Shown one piece after another: positions 15,271-33,844 of a stretch of 64,000 nt of DNA (within the stretch, counting starts at the first letter, position 1; each line of letters opens with the position of its first letter). The DNA is from the human T2T-CHM13v2.0 reference genome, Homo sapiens: NCBI RefSeq assembly GCF_009914755.1, contig NC_060936.1; one strand, written 5' to 3'. Made by a program: the position numbers and the translations under genes. The notes under the pieces were generated by a model. That model was not told where the DNA came from, did no database searches, and was given only the letters and a program-made list of their open reading frames with translations.

Positions 15271-15680
15271 TTGCATCTGCTTCTTAAATGCCATCAGCTG
15301 AATGGTCTTTATGCCAAAGAGGAATATTTTGGGGTAGCATATTGTGGTCTTCCACAAAACAAAATGGCTCATCCTTCAACTCATAAAACTACAAGCAAGT
15401 GTTAATGCAGCAACCCTCCCTGACTCCATGACTGTGGCATTATAGAGTTGATATCCTAACCGTCTTTGTCCCAGAGTTTTGTTTCCCATGCTGCTTTATT
15501 CAGGCACACACACCAATACTTCAGAACATGTATAATCATCCATGCTTCAGGGAAGTTTGAGGAATCACTGTTTAAAAAATTATTTAACACTTCTTGATGT
15601 AATAATCCTCACAAGTCATGATTGTTATCCTGGGGACACAATATTGGATAGAAATAAAAATGATGTGTAGTTCCTTTTTA

Positions 15681-15681
15681 C

Positions 15682-15722
<41 letters not shown>

Positions 15723-15812
15723 TATATACACACATATATACACACACACACATATATATATACACACACATATATATATACACACACATATATATATACA
15801 CACACATATATA
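15681..15812 (+). repeat. Compound (TA)n/(CA)n repeat with ~18-bp higher-order unit
   Basis: Repeating cacacacatatatatata blocks next to an Alu tail. Confidence 0.95.
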
Positions 15813-16098
<286 letters not shown>

Positions 16099-16155
16099 TA
16101 GTTCTTAAATAAGATATAGGGAACTAGGAGAGATTTTACAAATTTAATCGTGGTA

Positions 16156-16640
16156 CTGATACAGCTCTGATCACTGGAGGAACACCAGGGTCCTTGGTCG
16201 TGCTCCAATAGGATTAATGTCACAGACACACGTGGAGTGCTTTTGAGGAGTGAAAAGTTTACTAGGCAAGAAAGAGAACAGCTCCCCTGTACAGAGACAA
16301 AGGAGGAGGGCTTGGAACAAAGAGAAACCTCATGTGTAGCAGAAAGGTGGTCTATTATATTGGGAGGCTGAAGGAGGTGATGTCTGGTTTGCAAAAGGCC
16401 AAGAGGATTGGTTTAACCAGGTGTGTCATTCACATAGCCCTGAAAAACCTGGCCCTCCCACCTTAGCCCTTTACTATGCAAATGCGGGTCGCCATGATGT
16501 TTTGAACACATACTGTTATGTCAGGGTGGCCATGACACTTGGCACACCTGGTGACAAGGAGAAGATGGCAGGAATCGCCATGTTGGGTAGACCCAGTTTC
16601 TATTTGCTGGTATTTGCATATCAAATATGGCCTGGCTCTT
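16156..16640 (-). mobile_element. ERV1-class LTR (LTR9-like), truncated at the L1
   Basis: tgatacagctc...ggaggaacaccaggg terminus and octamer/YY1-like motifs; family name from recall. Confidence 0.6.
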
Positions 16641-22543
<5,903 letters not shown>

Positions 22544-22544
22544 T

Positions 22545-22904
22545 AACGTGAAATTTATTTTTTACAGTTATGAAGCCTGACAAGTGCAAGTCAAGAAGGT
22601 GTATCTGGTGATGGCCTTCCTACTCTTGGGGACCCTGCAGAGTCGCAAGGTGGCTCAGGGCATCATGTGGTGAGGGAGCTGAGCATGCAGACATGCTAGG
22701 TCAGATCTCCCTTCCTCTTCTTATAAAGGCAGTATTTCCACATCCATGATAAACCACTAATCCATTAATCTGTGAATGGATTAGTCTATTTATAAGGACC
22801 AAGCCTTCATGATCCAATCACCACTTAAGGCCCTACCTTTCAATATTGCTACATTGGAATTTAAGTTTCAACCCAAGTTTTGGAGGAGACATTCACACCA
22901 TACC
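22545..22904 (-). mobile_element. MaLR LTR (MST family, MSTD/MSTB-like), missing one terminus
   Basis: aaatttatt..acagtt..; taatccattaatctgtgaatgga; ends attcacaccatacca. Confidence 0.8.
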
Positions 22905-25487
22905 ATTATTCCCCTGAGCTCCTAAAACTTGTGTTCTTCTCACATAGAAATATGTTCATTCCAGCCCCAAACCCCCAAAGTCTTAACTTGTTCCCACACC
23001 AACTCTAAAGGCCAAAGTCCAAAGTCTCATTTGTGAGCCTGTGAAAGACTCACTCCCATTCCAAAAGGGAGAAAATAGGCAAGAAGAAAGGGATAACAGG
23101 CCTGAAGCAAGTTTAAAACCCAAGAAAGTAGACATTAGGTCCTACGACTCCAAAATAATCTCCTTTGACTCCATGTCTGGCACCCTCTGCACTTTGGCTT
23201 GATGATTTGGTCCCCCAAAGCCTCAAGCAGGCCTGCCCCTATGACTTTGCTAGGCTTAATCCATTCAACTCTCCCATGCTGGCATTGCACATTGGTAGCT
23301 CTAAAGTTCTGGAGTTTCAGCAGCAGTTCTTCTCCCATGACTCCACTAAGCATGGCCCTAGTGAGGACTCTCTGCAGTGGCCTCACTCCCACAGCCACAC
23401 CAGCCCCATGGTGGGGACTCTGCAGCAGCTCCCACCCCACATTTCTGCTCAGTATTGCTTTGATTAAGGTTCTCTGTGGTGACTCCACCACTGTGACACA
23501 TCTCTGCTGAGAACCTTAGAATTTTGAAGCCATTCTTTGAAATCTGGGTGGAGGCTGCCAAGCCTCCACAGCTCTCATTTTCTGAAAGCCTGCAGAATTA
23601 ACACTACATGGACACTACCAAAGTTTATAACTTGTGCCTTGCAGAGCTGCAACATGAGCATCACCTGGGGCAACTTGACCCATGACTGAGGCAGCCATGG
23701 AGCACTGTGCTAAAATGTAGGAAGCAGAATCCTGAGGCAACCCTGGGCAGTGAACCCATGAAGATCACCCCAGGCCTATCCCCTGAAAGCATTCTGCCCT
23801 CCTAGACCTCTTGGCCTGTGATGATAGAGGCAGCACTGAAGATCTCTGAAATGTCTTCAGGGTATTTTTTCCATTGTTTTGAGACATAGTACCTGACTCT
23901 TTTTCACCTTTGCTAATCTTTTTAGCAAACGGTCCTGCACACTTCGTTTCCTCTCCTGAACATGATTTTTCACTCTATATGGCCAGGCTGAATGTTTTTC
24001 AAATATTTCTACTCTGCTTCCCCTTTAACTATAAATTATGTTTTTAAATTGTTTCTTTGTTCCTGAATCTCAGTGAAAGTGGCCAAAAGCAACCATGCAG
24101 CTCCTTCTATTTTGTTCAGACATTTCTTCTGCCACATGCCCTGGTTCATCAATCTCAAGTTTGATGAACAAAGCTCTCAAGCATTGACACAGCTCAGCCA
24201 AGTTCTTGTCCAATTTATAACAAGGATAGCCTTTCCACCAGTTTCCAAAAACTTGCTCCTGAGTTTCATCTGCAATTTTATCAGAATGGCTTTTACTGTT
24301 CTTATTTCTTTTTATTATTATACTTTAAGTTCTGGGGTACATGTGCACAATGTGCAGGTTTGTTACATAGGTATATACTTGCCAGGGTGGTTTGCTGCAC
24401 CCATCAACTCGTCATTTACATTAGGTATTTCTCCTAGTGCTATCCATCCCCAAGCCCTCCAGCCCCTGACAGGCCCTAGTGTGTGATGTTCCCCATCCTG
24501 TGTCCAAGTGTTTTCATTGTTCAATTCCCACCTAAGAGTGAGAACATGCAGTGTTTGGTTTTCTGTCCTTGTGATAGTTTGCTGAGAATGATGGTTTCCA
24601 GTTTCATCCATGTCCCTGCAAAAGACATGAACTCATCCTTTTTTATGGCTGCATAGTAGTCCATGGTGTATATATGCCACATTTTCTTAATCCAGTCTAT
24701 CATTGATGGACATTTGTGTTGGTTCCAAGTCTTTGCTATTGTGAATAGTGCCACAATAAACACACATGTGCATGTGTCTTTATTGTAGAATGATTTATAA
24801 TCCTTTAGGTACATACCCAGTAATGGGATCACTGGGTCAAATGGTATTTCTAGTTCTAGATCCTTGAGGAATCGCCATACTGTCTTCTACAGTGGTTGAA
24901 CTAATTTACACTTCCACCAACAGTGTAAAAGCATTCTATTTCTCCACTTCCTCTCCAGCATCTGTTGTTTCCTGACTTTAATGATCACCATTCTAACTAG
25001 CGTGAGATGGTATCTCATTGTGGTTTTGATTTGCATTTATCTGATGACCAGTGATGATGAGTACTTTTTCATGTGTCTGTTGGCTGCATAAATGTCTTCT
25101 TTTGAGAAGTGTCTTTTCATATCTTTTGCCCACTTTTTGATGAGGTTGTTTTTTTTTTAATTTATTTAAGTTCTTTATAGATTCTGGATATTAGCCCTTT
25201 GTCAGATGGTTAGATAGCAAAAATTTTCTCTCACTCTGTAGGTTGCCTGTTCACTCTGATGGTAGCTTCTTTCATATTTCTATCAGCATTCTGGTCATAA
25301 CCACTTAACCAATCTCTAAGAAGTTCCATGTTTTTCCTAGTCTTGTTGTATTCTAGGCCCCCACCAGAATATAGGCTTTTTCTAACCTACCCTTCCAAAT
25401 TCTTTCAGCTTCTGCCAAGTATTGACTTTTAAAGCTGCTTCCACATTTTCAATGGTTTGTAATTAGCAACATGTGTGTTCCTGGAAA
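22905..25487 (-). mobile_element. MST internal region, interrupted by an L1
   Basis: Homologous to the THE1/MST internal sequences at 43889-45054 and 45871-47440. Confidence 0.8.
24310..25270 (-). mobile_element. 5'-truncated L1PA (PA6-8-like)
   Basis: 3'UTR and ORF2 end; TSD ttcttatttct (24299-24309) / ttcatatttct (25271-25281). Confidence 0.92.
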
Positions 25488-25854
25488 AAGTTGAATGTGG
25501 TTAAGATCTTGCATGCAAAGACTGTGTGCTGGTAGTCCTGTTGAGATATCCTGTGGGGAAGTGAGTGAAAGTATATTTCTTTCAAAAGTGAAGGCTGATT
25601 GCTTCTGAGAGGCTGTTTGAACTATGCATTGAATTGAACATATTAGCAAAATATGTCAACAGCAAACTATTTTCCAGCTGTTGGTTTGATGGAGTCAGTA
25701 ATTTGGTAATTTAGACATGGGAGATTCATGGAGGATACCACAGCATTCAGGTTATGGTGATTTACTGTGAGTTGTCATTCATTTACATCATGTTGGAGCA
25801 CTGGCCAAACAGGATTATTAAAGGAGAGATAATAGAAATAATGACAAGGCCAGG

Positions 25855-26130
25855 CACACCCATCCCCAGGGAGTGTCCATCCATTGCTCTACATTTCTCC
25901 ACAAACTTCATGGCTGTGGCAGATTCTCTCATGGAACCTTTATCTCAATGGTCTCTCTGGAACCTCTCTTCTCAGTCATATGTTTACAGTTTGTTCTCAA
26001 AATTGCCAACGACTGAGGTTCATTAGCCCCTTTTGAACGTGGGTCCACAGGGCTTCTTTAGCTTCTTCAGGAAATTGATCCCATGTGCCTGCTCTAAAAA
26101 GAGCAGATAAAACCTGTGTTGCTCTAGCTA
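25855..26130 (+). promoter_or_regulatory. Putative OR6C4 promoter (O/E and homeodomain sites)
   Basis: Canonical O/E (EBF) site TCCCCAGGGAG 25863-25873; HD site TTCATTAGCC (=CTAATGA on -) 26019-26028; homologous to 48400-48620. Confidence 0.6.
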
Positions 26131-26659
26131 ACACAGAAACTGCAGAGATGCCCATCCTCTGCCATCTAAGAACTTCAACATAATCTCTCTTAGAACATAA
26201 ATTTTCAGAAATTTTCTGTCTCTCAAAGTATTTTCTTCCAATTCAATAACTGCTATGGGCTTTGTTTTTATTTTTTATTACCTATGTGAAGTTCTCTGTC
26301 TCTCAGGAACTATGATTTGATTCTGGATTGGATTCTTAGAATGGAAAATAATATGCTCTTTTTTCTGGTTAAGTTCCATAAGTTTGGATACTTCTATTAA
26401 GAGAAAGGTAAAATGTGGATGGAAGCCAATAGAAAACATGTTAAAGTATATACTACTCAAAGATTCACGTGGCACATCTCATCTTTGATTTACCTCTTAG
26501 GAACAACAAGGTAAACAGTATACTATAGTCATTCAGGTTGTCAAAGGTATGAGCAACATATGTTTTTAAAGTCACTGATTTTATCATTCTATAAATGTGG
26601 ATCATGAAATGAATCAACTGTGAAAATCTGGAAGAAAATGCAGTACTTGCCAAAGACCA

Positions 26660-26668
26660 CAGGTTAGT
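26660..26668 (+). promoter_or_regulatory. Candidate 5'UTR-exon splice donor CAG|GTTAGT
   Basis: Conserved with 49164-49172 upstream of the paralog. Confidence 0.45.
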
Positions 26669-27721
26669 ATAAACAAGGAAAAGAGGGCTGCAGGAGACCC
26701 AGGTCACATCATCTAAGACCTCCAAAACCTGTATGGAAAGTTGACAAGAATGATTTTAATAACATAATTTTTCTAATCCATGTGCATGTAAATTAGAGGG
26801 ACCCCTTTATATTATATTTGCCTCTTAATCAGAAAAATCTAAAGATGCACTCACAATACTACCACCAAATTTTTCTTCCCTGAGAATTACCACTTTATCT
26901 ACAAAGAACTCTTATTATCAAAAACTTTTTCTGGTTTCTGTAAGACAAGAATAGAAAACAGGAGAGTTTGGGTCATGATAAACTGTCATCCTTAGTTGCC
27001 ACTGGGGACTCTAAGACTGAGAAAAATCCATTCCGTGATGCTGCTTACAGAGTTCTCAAAATTTCTCTTCTCCGAGACATATCTCAAATCAGTGCCTGGA
27101 AGACTCTGAATGTGGCAGAGAAACATAAAATGTAAATTAATATGACATATTGATGCTTGAACCTTGTTCATGTAGAGGAAAAGACTCACAATACAAAATG
27201 AGATGATCTTCAGCATTGCCTGTGTAGGGAAATTCCTACTTGTTTCTGAAACAAGGATGTCAGAGATTTGGACAGTAATGGAGATAAGGATCTATAGCAG
27301 ATATCCAGTGAGGCATCAAATAGTGCAGAGAAAGGAAAGAAAGAAACAGGAAAGCACAGAAAACAGAATGAGGTAGAGAGATGTGTGCCAAAAGCACAGA
27401 ATTAGGAGAGCTTATAATACAGTCAAGAGTAAGTGCTTTACTTGTGAAGATTGTATAAACATTTGAAAGGAAACAACAGGTTCAAAAACTTCTATTTTTC
27501 TGAAAAAAAATGAGTTATTCTATAATAAGTTTTCTTAAGTGCCCAGGAACAGGTCAACTTGAGAAATGAAAAAGGTCACTTAAACAAAAGATATGGGGCT
27601 TGCATGGAGCCAAGTGCACCCCAATGGGACACTGGTTTGGGCCATATGGATGGTGAGCAATGTATGACCTGATTCTGTTCATTAAAATAAGCTTTATGTC
27701 TCCTACTCTAAGAAACTCTTC

Positions 27722-27752
27722 AATTTTCATCATTCTCACCTTTTGCCTTTAG
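27722..27752 (+). promoter_or_regulatory. Splice acceptor of OR6C4 coding exon
   Basis: Polypyrimidine tract ttctcaccttttgcctttAG ending 18 nt before the ATG. Confidence 0.7.
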
Positions 27753-27770
27753 GTTTTCCGAAGGTCAACA

Positions 27771-28700
27771 ATGAAAAACAGAACCATGTTTGGTGAGTTT
27801 ATTCTACTGGGCCTTACAAATCAACCTGAACTCCAAGTGATGATATTCATCTTTCTGTTCCTCACCTACATGCTAAGTGTCCTAGGAAATCTGACTATTA
27901 TCACCCTCACCTTACTAGACCCCCACCTCCAGACCCCCATGTATTTCTTCCTCCGGAATTTCTCCTTCTTAGAAATTTCCTTCACATCCATTTTTATTCC
28001 CAGATTTCTGACCAGCATGACAACAGGAAATAAAGTTATCAGCTTTGCTGGCTGCTTGACTCAGTATTTTTTTGCTATATTTCTTGGAGCTACCGAGTTT
28101 TACCTCCTGGCCTCCATGTCTTATGATCGTTATGTGGCCATCTGCAAACCCTTGCATTACCTGACTATTATGAGCAGCAGAGTCTGCATACAACTAGTGT
28201 TCTGCTCCTGGTTGGGGGGATTCCTAGCAATCTTACCACCAATCATCCTGATGACCCAGGTAGATTTCTGTGTCTCCAACATTCTGAATCACTATTACTG
28301 TGACTATGGGCCTCTCGTGGAGCTTGCCTGCTCAGACACAAGCCTCTTAGAACTGATGGTCATCCTCTTGGCCGTTGTGACTCTCATGGTTACTCTGGTG
28401 CTGGTGACACTTTCTTACACATACATTATCAGGACTATTCTGAGGATCCCTTCTGCCCAGCAAAGGACAAAGGCCTTTTCCACTTGTTCCTCCCACATGA
28501 TTGTCATCTCCCTCTCTTATGGCAGCTGCATGTTTATGTACATTAATCCTTCTGCAAAAGAAGGAGGTGCTTTCAACAAAGGAATAGCTGTACTCATTAC
28601 TTCGGTTACTCCCTTACTGAATCCCTTCATATATACTTTAAGAAATCAGCAAGTGAAACAAGCTTTCAAGGACTCAGTCAAAAAGATTGTGAAACTTTAA
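27771..28700 (+). CDS. OR6C4: Olfactory receptor 6C4 (309 aa, class II OR)
   Basis: Intact ORF with N-glycosylation [51 protein letters not shown]; sequence recognised as human OR6C4. Confidence 0.95.
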   Translation: MKNRTMFGEFILLGLTNQPELQVMIFIFLFLTYMLSVLGNLTIITLTLLDPHLQTPMYFFLRNFSFLEISFTSIFIPRFLTSMTTGNKVISFAGCLTQYFFAIFLGATEFYLLASMSYDRYVAICKPLHYLTIMSSRVCIQLVFCSWLGGFLAILPPIILMTQVDFCVSNILNHYYCDYGPLVELACSDTSLLELMVILLAVVTLMVTLVLVTLSYTYIIRTILRIPSAQQRTKAFSTCSSHMIVISLSYGSCMFMYINPSAKEGGAFNKGIAVLITSVTPLLNPFIYTLRNQQVKQAFKDSVKKIVKL

Positions 28701-28719
28701 AAAAGGAGATTACACTTCA

Positions 28720-28950
28720 AAATACATTTTCACTTAACAAATATGCATTGAATGTCTATATTTCAAGTGCTAAATTGGCCCTTGAAGATTAAAATAGGAA
28801 AAGTATATGTCTTAATTTCAAGAAAACTATAGTCTAGAATCAAGGAAAGATATATAAATGGTAAATTTATGTAATAAATTTACAAAAAACAAAATAATAT
28901 TTTAATTGTTATTAGAGAAGAGTGAATGGGGATCTGAAAAGGAACAGTTG
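28720..28950 (-). mobile_element. L2 3' remnant
   Basis: cacttaacaaatatgcattgaatgtctat...aaactatagtctag resembles the L2 3' end in reverse. Confidence 0.5.
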
Positions 28951-30279
28951 GAAAGAATTAGTTCTGTTTTCCATAAATTATTTGAAATTTAAGAAGCAAA
29001 ACAGATTGTTTATTTAGAAGAGTAGGAGGATAAGAATTTAGAGTGAAAAAGGAAACCAGATCATAAAAGTAAGTAATTACAACTACTGAGTTAGCTGGGT
29101 TTCATGAGTCAAGAAATTTTCAGAATTGTTTTGAGGAGAATGTAGTATCAGCATTGTTCTTCAGCATGGAGCCCTGGAGACTATGTTTCCATCGAGGAGT
29201 GAATAATTTTTCTTCTCCTCCATTTTTTCATCTATATTTCAAATGTAACCATTGCAACTTCCCTCCTTTCATAAGAGGAAAATGAAAGAATATATATTTA
29301 GTCTACTTTTCTCCAAATGAGGAGAAAATTTTTAAGATTTTTGTCAACTTAATATGTCCATTTTCTAGTTTATGGTTAAAACAGGTTTCTAGAGACAAGT
29401 TTAGAAGGCTTTCATTCTCCTAGACAAAATCTATTGTTTCTTTTCTTAGGTGACATTTTAAGTTAATGGCATGAGATCTGTTTTCTCTCTCTTTGATAGT
29501 TTCTGGTAATTTTTTCCTTCCTATCATGATTTTATTTTCATCCTTTTGTTTCACTTTATTAGATATTAGAAAAGAAAATTCTGTTATCTGGCTCTACTTC
29601 TTTAACTTTCCCCCAGATTTTTGCTTTCGTTTGTAACATAAACCATGGATGACCATTTTATAAAGTAAAAAGAATATAAAGTGTCAATGCAATCTTATAT
29701 CTAGAATGTTCCAAATTATGAGTCTTGAAAAACAACTAGAAATAGACTATCCTACCAAAAACTTTACACATGGATTCAAGGCAATGACAACTTGAATTTG
29801 AATAGGTAGTGGTAGTGTCCAATTTCAATGGAAGTAAGCACTTTTTTTTAATCTGAGCATTTGTACACAGTTTAATAATATCTTAAAAAATTGCAGGAGC
29901 TTTGTTACTATTTGGGGTAAAAGTGGAACACAATCTGGTATTTTCACATGCTTTATATGTGGTAATATGTTGAGTAAAATGAGGTACTTCTCAAGCATTT
30001 AAGGAACAAGCTGGATTGAACTGATTATGAGAGCAAATTATCAGAGCCACAGAAGGTATTGGAGAATGTATAATATTTTTGAAAAAGTATTTTATGTAAA
30101 GCTGTTGCTATTCTGAGTATCTTGTTTTCTTTGGTTGCTAGCTAGAGATTAGTGATAATATTCAATATATTCCAAATTTAATGCACTACAAGAACAAGAA
30201 GTGTTCTTGAATAGCCACATCTAAATCATTAAGTTCCCCTACACCCACATTTCTACTAAAACCTATGGTACAGTGGGAG

Positions 30280-30515
30280 CAATGTCATATAGTGGCTTAA
30301 AACATAGGCTTTAGTTCAAATCCCAGATTTTCAACTTTCTACCAAAGTTACCTGGGGATAGTTACTTGATCTCTCTAAGGCTCACCTCTGTCAACTCTAA
30401 AATGTTTACAATAATAGTGTCTATCTTATAGTTTTGAGCATTCACTGAGAAAATAGATGTAAAATATTAAAAGACAGCCAGTATTTATTGTGTTTAATAA
30501 ATGACATCTATTATA
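30280..30515 (+). mobile_element. MIR
   Basis: gttcaaatcccag...gttacttgatctctctaaggctca...aaaatg..ataatag core. Confidence 0.75.
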
Positions 30516-31420
30516 ACTATATTATAAACAATATATTTTTCAAGGAACTGGAGCTTAACTAGAAAGAAGGCATTAAATTGGTTGGTTTAATATAGCAGGG
30601 ACAGTAAAAATGTTGGCCATTGTACTTGAAATCCATCTGCACAAGGCCAGCATATTTCTACTCTCCACACATCCAGCTGCATGCTGGGTAGCTGGGTCAG
30701 CAAAGATCTTACCTACTCTTCAGATAAAGCCATCAAAATACTTGGCAGCAGGTTATAAGAACTGGGCTAGCATCAACTTCATTGCCCTAGATATCTATGG
30801 GAGAGACAGGATGTATTAACATGCTGAGACAAGGAAGGAAGGTACTTTGTGTAAGTTAATGTTTAAGATCACTAGGCAAGAGTTCACTCAGCATTCTTTA
30901 TATAAGCATTTGGAAATGAACATGGAAAAGAATGTATCACCTTCTAAATGAGCTTGTCAAAAAAAAAAAAGCAAGTCATATTCTTCTAAAGCTGTTCATC
31001 TAGTCTGGCTGTATGTTAATTCATACTTGGAATGTAATCCAAGTCATAGATAAGCAAAAGGAATGACTTCACAGAGTCTGGTGCTGAGCTACCAGAATAT
31101 TCAGTATCTAAATATATAAAATGGTGAGTTTGATTCCTCATGTCACCAAAGTGGACAAGAATTAAAAGAAACAGCTTTAGCTGCCTAACATTCTCAGAAT
31201 CATATTATACCAGTGCTAGGGTGAGGAGACTATGAAAATGAGTAAAAGCCAATCTGCTACATTTGGGCATTCATTCTTCTATTGCCTCTCTTTAAAGCTG
31301 CCAGAGCTTGTGGATATATGGATTACAATTCTAAACAGGTAGTCTTCCAGCATCATTTCTTGCAAAGAGTTTTAAATAAAATTCAAAACAATAAAATATA
31401 TTTTTTAATTTTTTTTATTT

Positions 31421-31706
31421 CAGCCAGGATCAGTGACTCACACTTCTAATCCCAGCTCTTTGGGAGGCTGAGGCAGGCGGATCACTTGAGGTCAGGAGTT
31501 CAAGAACAGCCTGGCCAACACAGTGAAACCCCGTTTCTACTATTACATTGATAGAAAAGTAATTGTGGTTTTTGCTACTAAAAGTAATGGCAAAAACTGC
31601 AATTACTTTTGCACCAACCAAATAAAAATACAAAAATCAGCCAGGCATGGTGATGCGTGCCTGTAATTCCAGCTACTGGGAAGGCTGAAGCACAAGAATC
31701 ACTTGG
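31421..31706 (+). mobile_element. AluS, 3'-truncated, containing a MADE1
   Basis: Left arm, linker split by the MITE, right arm stops at gaatcacttg. Confidence 0.9.
31543..31622. mobile_element. MADE1 (Hsmar1-derived 80-bp MITE)
   Basis: 80-bp imperfect palindrome with TIRs (aaaagtaattg.ggtttttgc / gcaaaaactgcaattacttttgcaccaacc) and TA TSDs at 31541-42 and 31623-24. Confidence 0.93.
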
Positions 31707-32820
31707 AGTACAAGTGGCCTTTTGTTACATCAGTGAATTAAATAGTGGTGAATTCTGGGATTTTAGTGCACCTGTCACCCAAGTAGTATACATTGGACCT
31801 AAGCTGTAGTTTTTTTATCCCTAGCCCCCTCCCATCATTCCCCTTCTGAGTCTCTAAAGTTCATTATACCACTCTGTGTGCCTTTGCATACTCATAGCTT
31901 AGCTCCCACTTACGAGTGAGAACATACTTATAAGTGAGAACATAGTTTTTGGTTTTCCACTCCCGTATTACTTCACTTAGAATAACGACTTCCAGCTCCA
32001 TCCAAACTGCTGCAAAATACATTCTTTTGTTCCTTTCCAGGCCAGGTGCAGTGGCTCTTGCCTGTAATCCCAGAAATTTGGGAGGCTGAGGAGGGTGGAT
32101 CACTTGAGTTCAGGAGTTCGAGACCAGCCTGGCCAACATGGTGAAACCCTGTCTCTATCAAAAATACAAAAATTAGCCTGGTGTGGTGGCACGTGCCTGT
32201 AGTTCCAGCTACTTGGGAGGCTAAGGTACAAGAATCACTTGAACCAGGGAGGCAGAGGTTGTAGTGAGCTGAGTTTATGCCACTGTACTCCAGGCTGGGC
32301 AACACAGCAAGACTCTGTCTCAAAAAAACATAAAATAAAATAATAAAAAATGTTGCTTCTTTTCATGGCTGAGTAGTATTTCATGGTGTATATATAGCAC
32401 ATTTTCTTTATCCATTCATTAATCATTGGGCACTTAGGTTGGTTCCACGTCTTTGCAATTGTGAATTGTGCTTCTATAAACATACATATGCCAGTGTCTT
32501 TTTCATATAATGACTTCTTTTCCTTTGGGTAAATACCCAGTAGTGAGATTGCTGGATCAAATGGTATGTTTGCTTTTAGCTCCTTAAGGAATCACCATAC
32601 TGTTTTCAATAGAGGTTGTACTAATTTACATTCCCACCAGCAGCAATAAGCTTTCCATTTTCCCCACATCCACGCCAACATCTATTGCTTTTTGACTTTT
32701 TAATAATGGCCATTCTTGCAGGAATATAGCAGTATCTCATTGTGGTTTTAATTCTCATATCCCTGATGATTCGTGGTATTGAACTTTTTAAATATGTTTC
32801 TTGGCCTTTTGTATATCTTT
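31707..32820 (-). mobile_element. L1PB 3' region, interrupted by an Alu
   Basis: L1PB 3'UTR in reverse (ctcatagcttagctcccactt); 18-bp tandem duplication at ~31909-31944. Confidence 0.85.
32040..32349 (+). mobile_element. Alu (S/Jb), full length
   Basis: ggccaggtgcagtggctc...gactctgtctc plus A-tail. Confidence 0.95.
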
Positions 32821-33623
32821 AACCGAGAATTTTTTAGGAAGCCAGGTAAGGCATCACATAGGATGATTAAGGACAGTTTGTAATGACTTGGGTTCTCTGG
32901 CCTGAAAATCACATTTACCCATTTATTTAAATTCACGTTGAAGGTCAAAAACCAGGGCTTAAGCTTTTTTTCATACATATCATTAGATAGTATAGCTAAA
33001 GCTATAGTGGAGTCACATGCTCTAAAGCTAAAGCAACCACTCATCTGAGGAACAGATCTACTTGGAGGGGAAAAAGCTACATACTGGAAAATATATGATA
33101 TAAAAAAATTAAAGCAGAAATATCAAAAATTTTGAATAATTATAATTTCTTCAAAAAGATAAAAAAGATACTGGTAAAATTAAGGACAAAACATTATAAA
33201 GTAATGAGGTTTAAAAACGTAGTAAGTGTCCAAATTAACAAAAGGTTGTAAAAGAGAAATAGAGAAATAAAAAACATAATAAAAGAAATAAAGAATAAAA
33301 CAAGTGAGAATAATACCACGACAGGTAGAACCAAAGTAGAAATAATGAGCTAGAAGATCAGGTCTAATAAACTCCCCATTAAGACAAAAGAAAAAAATAA
33401 AAAGATTAAATAGGGAGAAATGATAGATCAATAGATAGATAGATACCAAAAGACAAGTGCAAATGCCAAAAAAAATCTAGACAATAAGAATCATGGGTGA
33501 AAAGAAAAGGAAAAAAGAGAAGAAAAAAAGGAAATAATATATTTTCTATAATATAGAAAGATAGCAACTAACAGATATCATAAATATCATACAGAATAGA
33601 TAAAGGAAATATACACCTTTAAA

Positions 33624-33681
33624 ATCAGACATTTAAATGTGATGGTAAAATAGATCATCAGACATTTAAATGTGATGGTAA
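33624..33681 (+). repeat. 25-bp direct repeat (period 33)
   Basis: atcagacatttaaatgtgatggtaa x2. Confidence 0.9.
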
Positions 33682-33844
33682 GATAAAAGATCACTTCAGA
33701 AGGCTCACCACACAAAGAACAAATTCAAAATAATTTTTAAAAGAAATACACAAATTAGAACAGAAATAACAATAGAAGTATGATGCAAATAATATGAAAG
33801 ATTAAAATAATAATATAAATTGTATTAAACACATAAAGTATATT

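Noticed and set aside
28461-28565. Gene-conversion tract between the two ORs in TM6
   Set aside because: Several synonymous differences remain; explained by motif conservation
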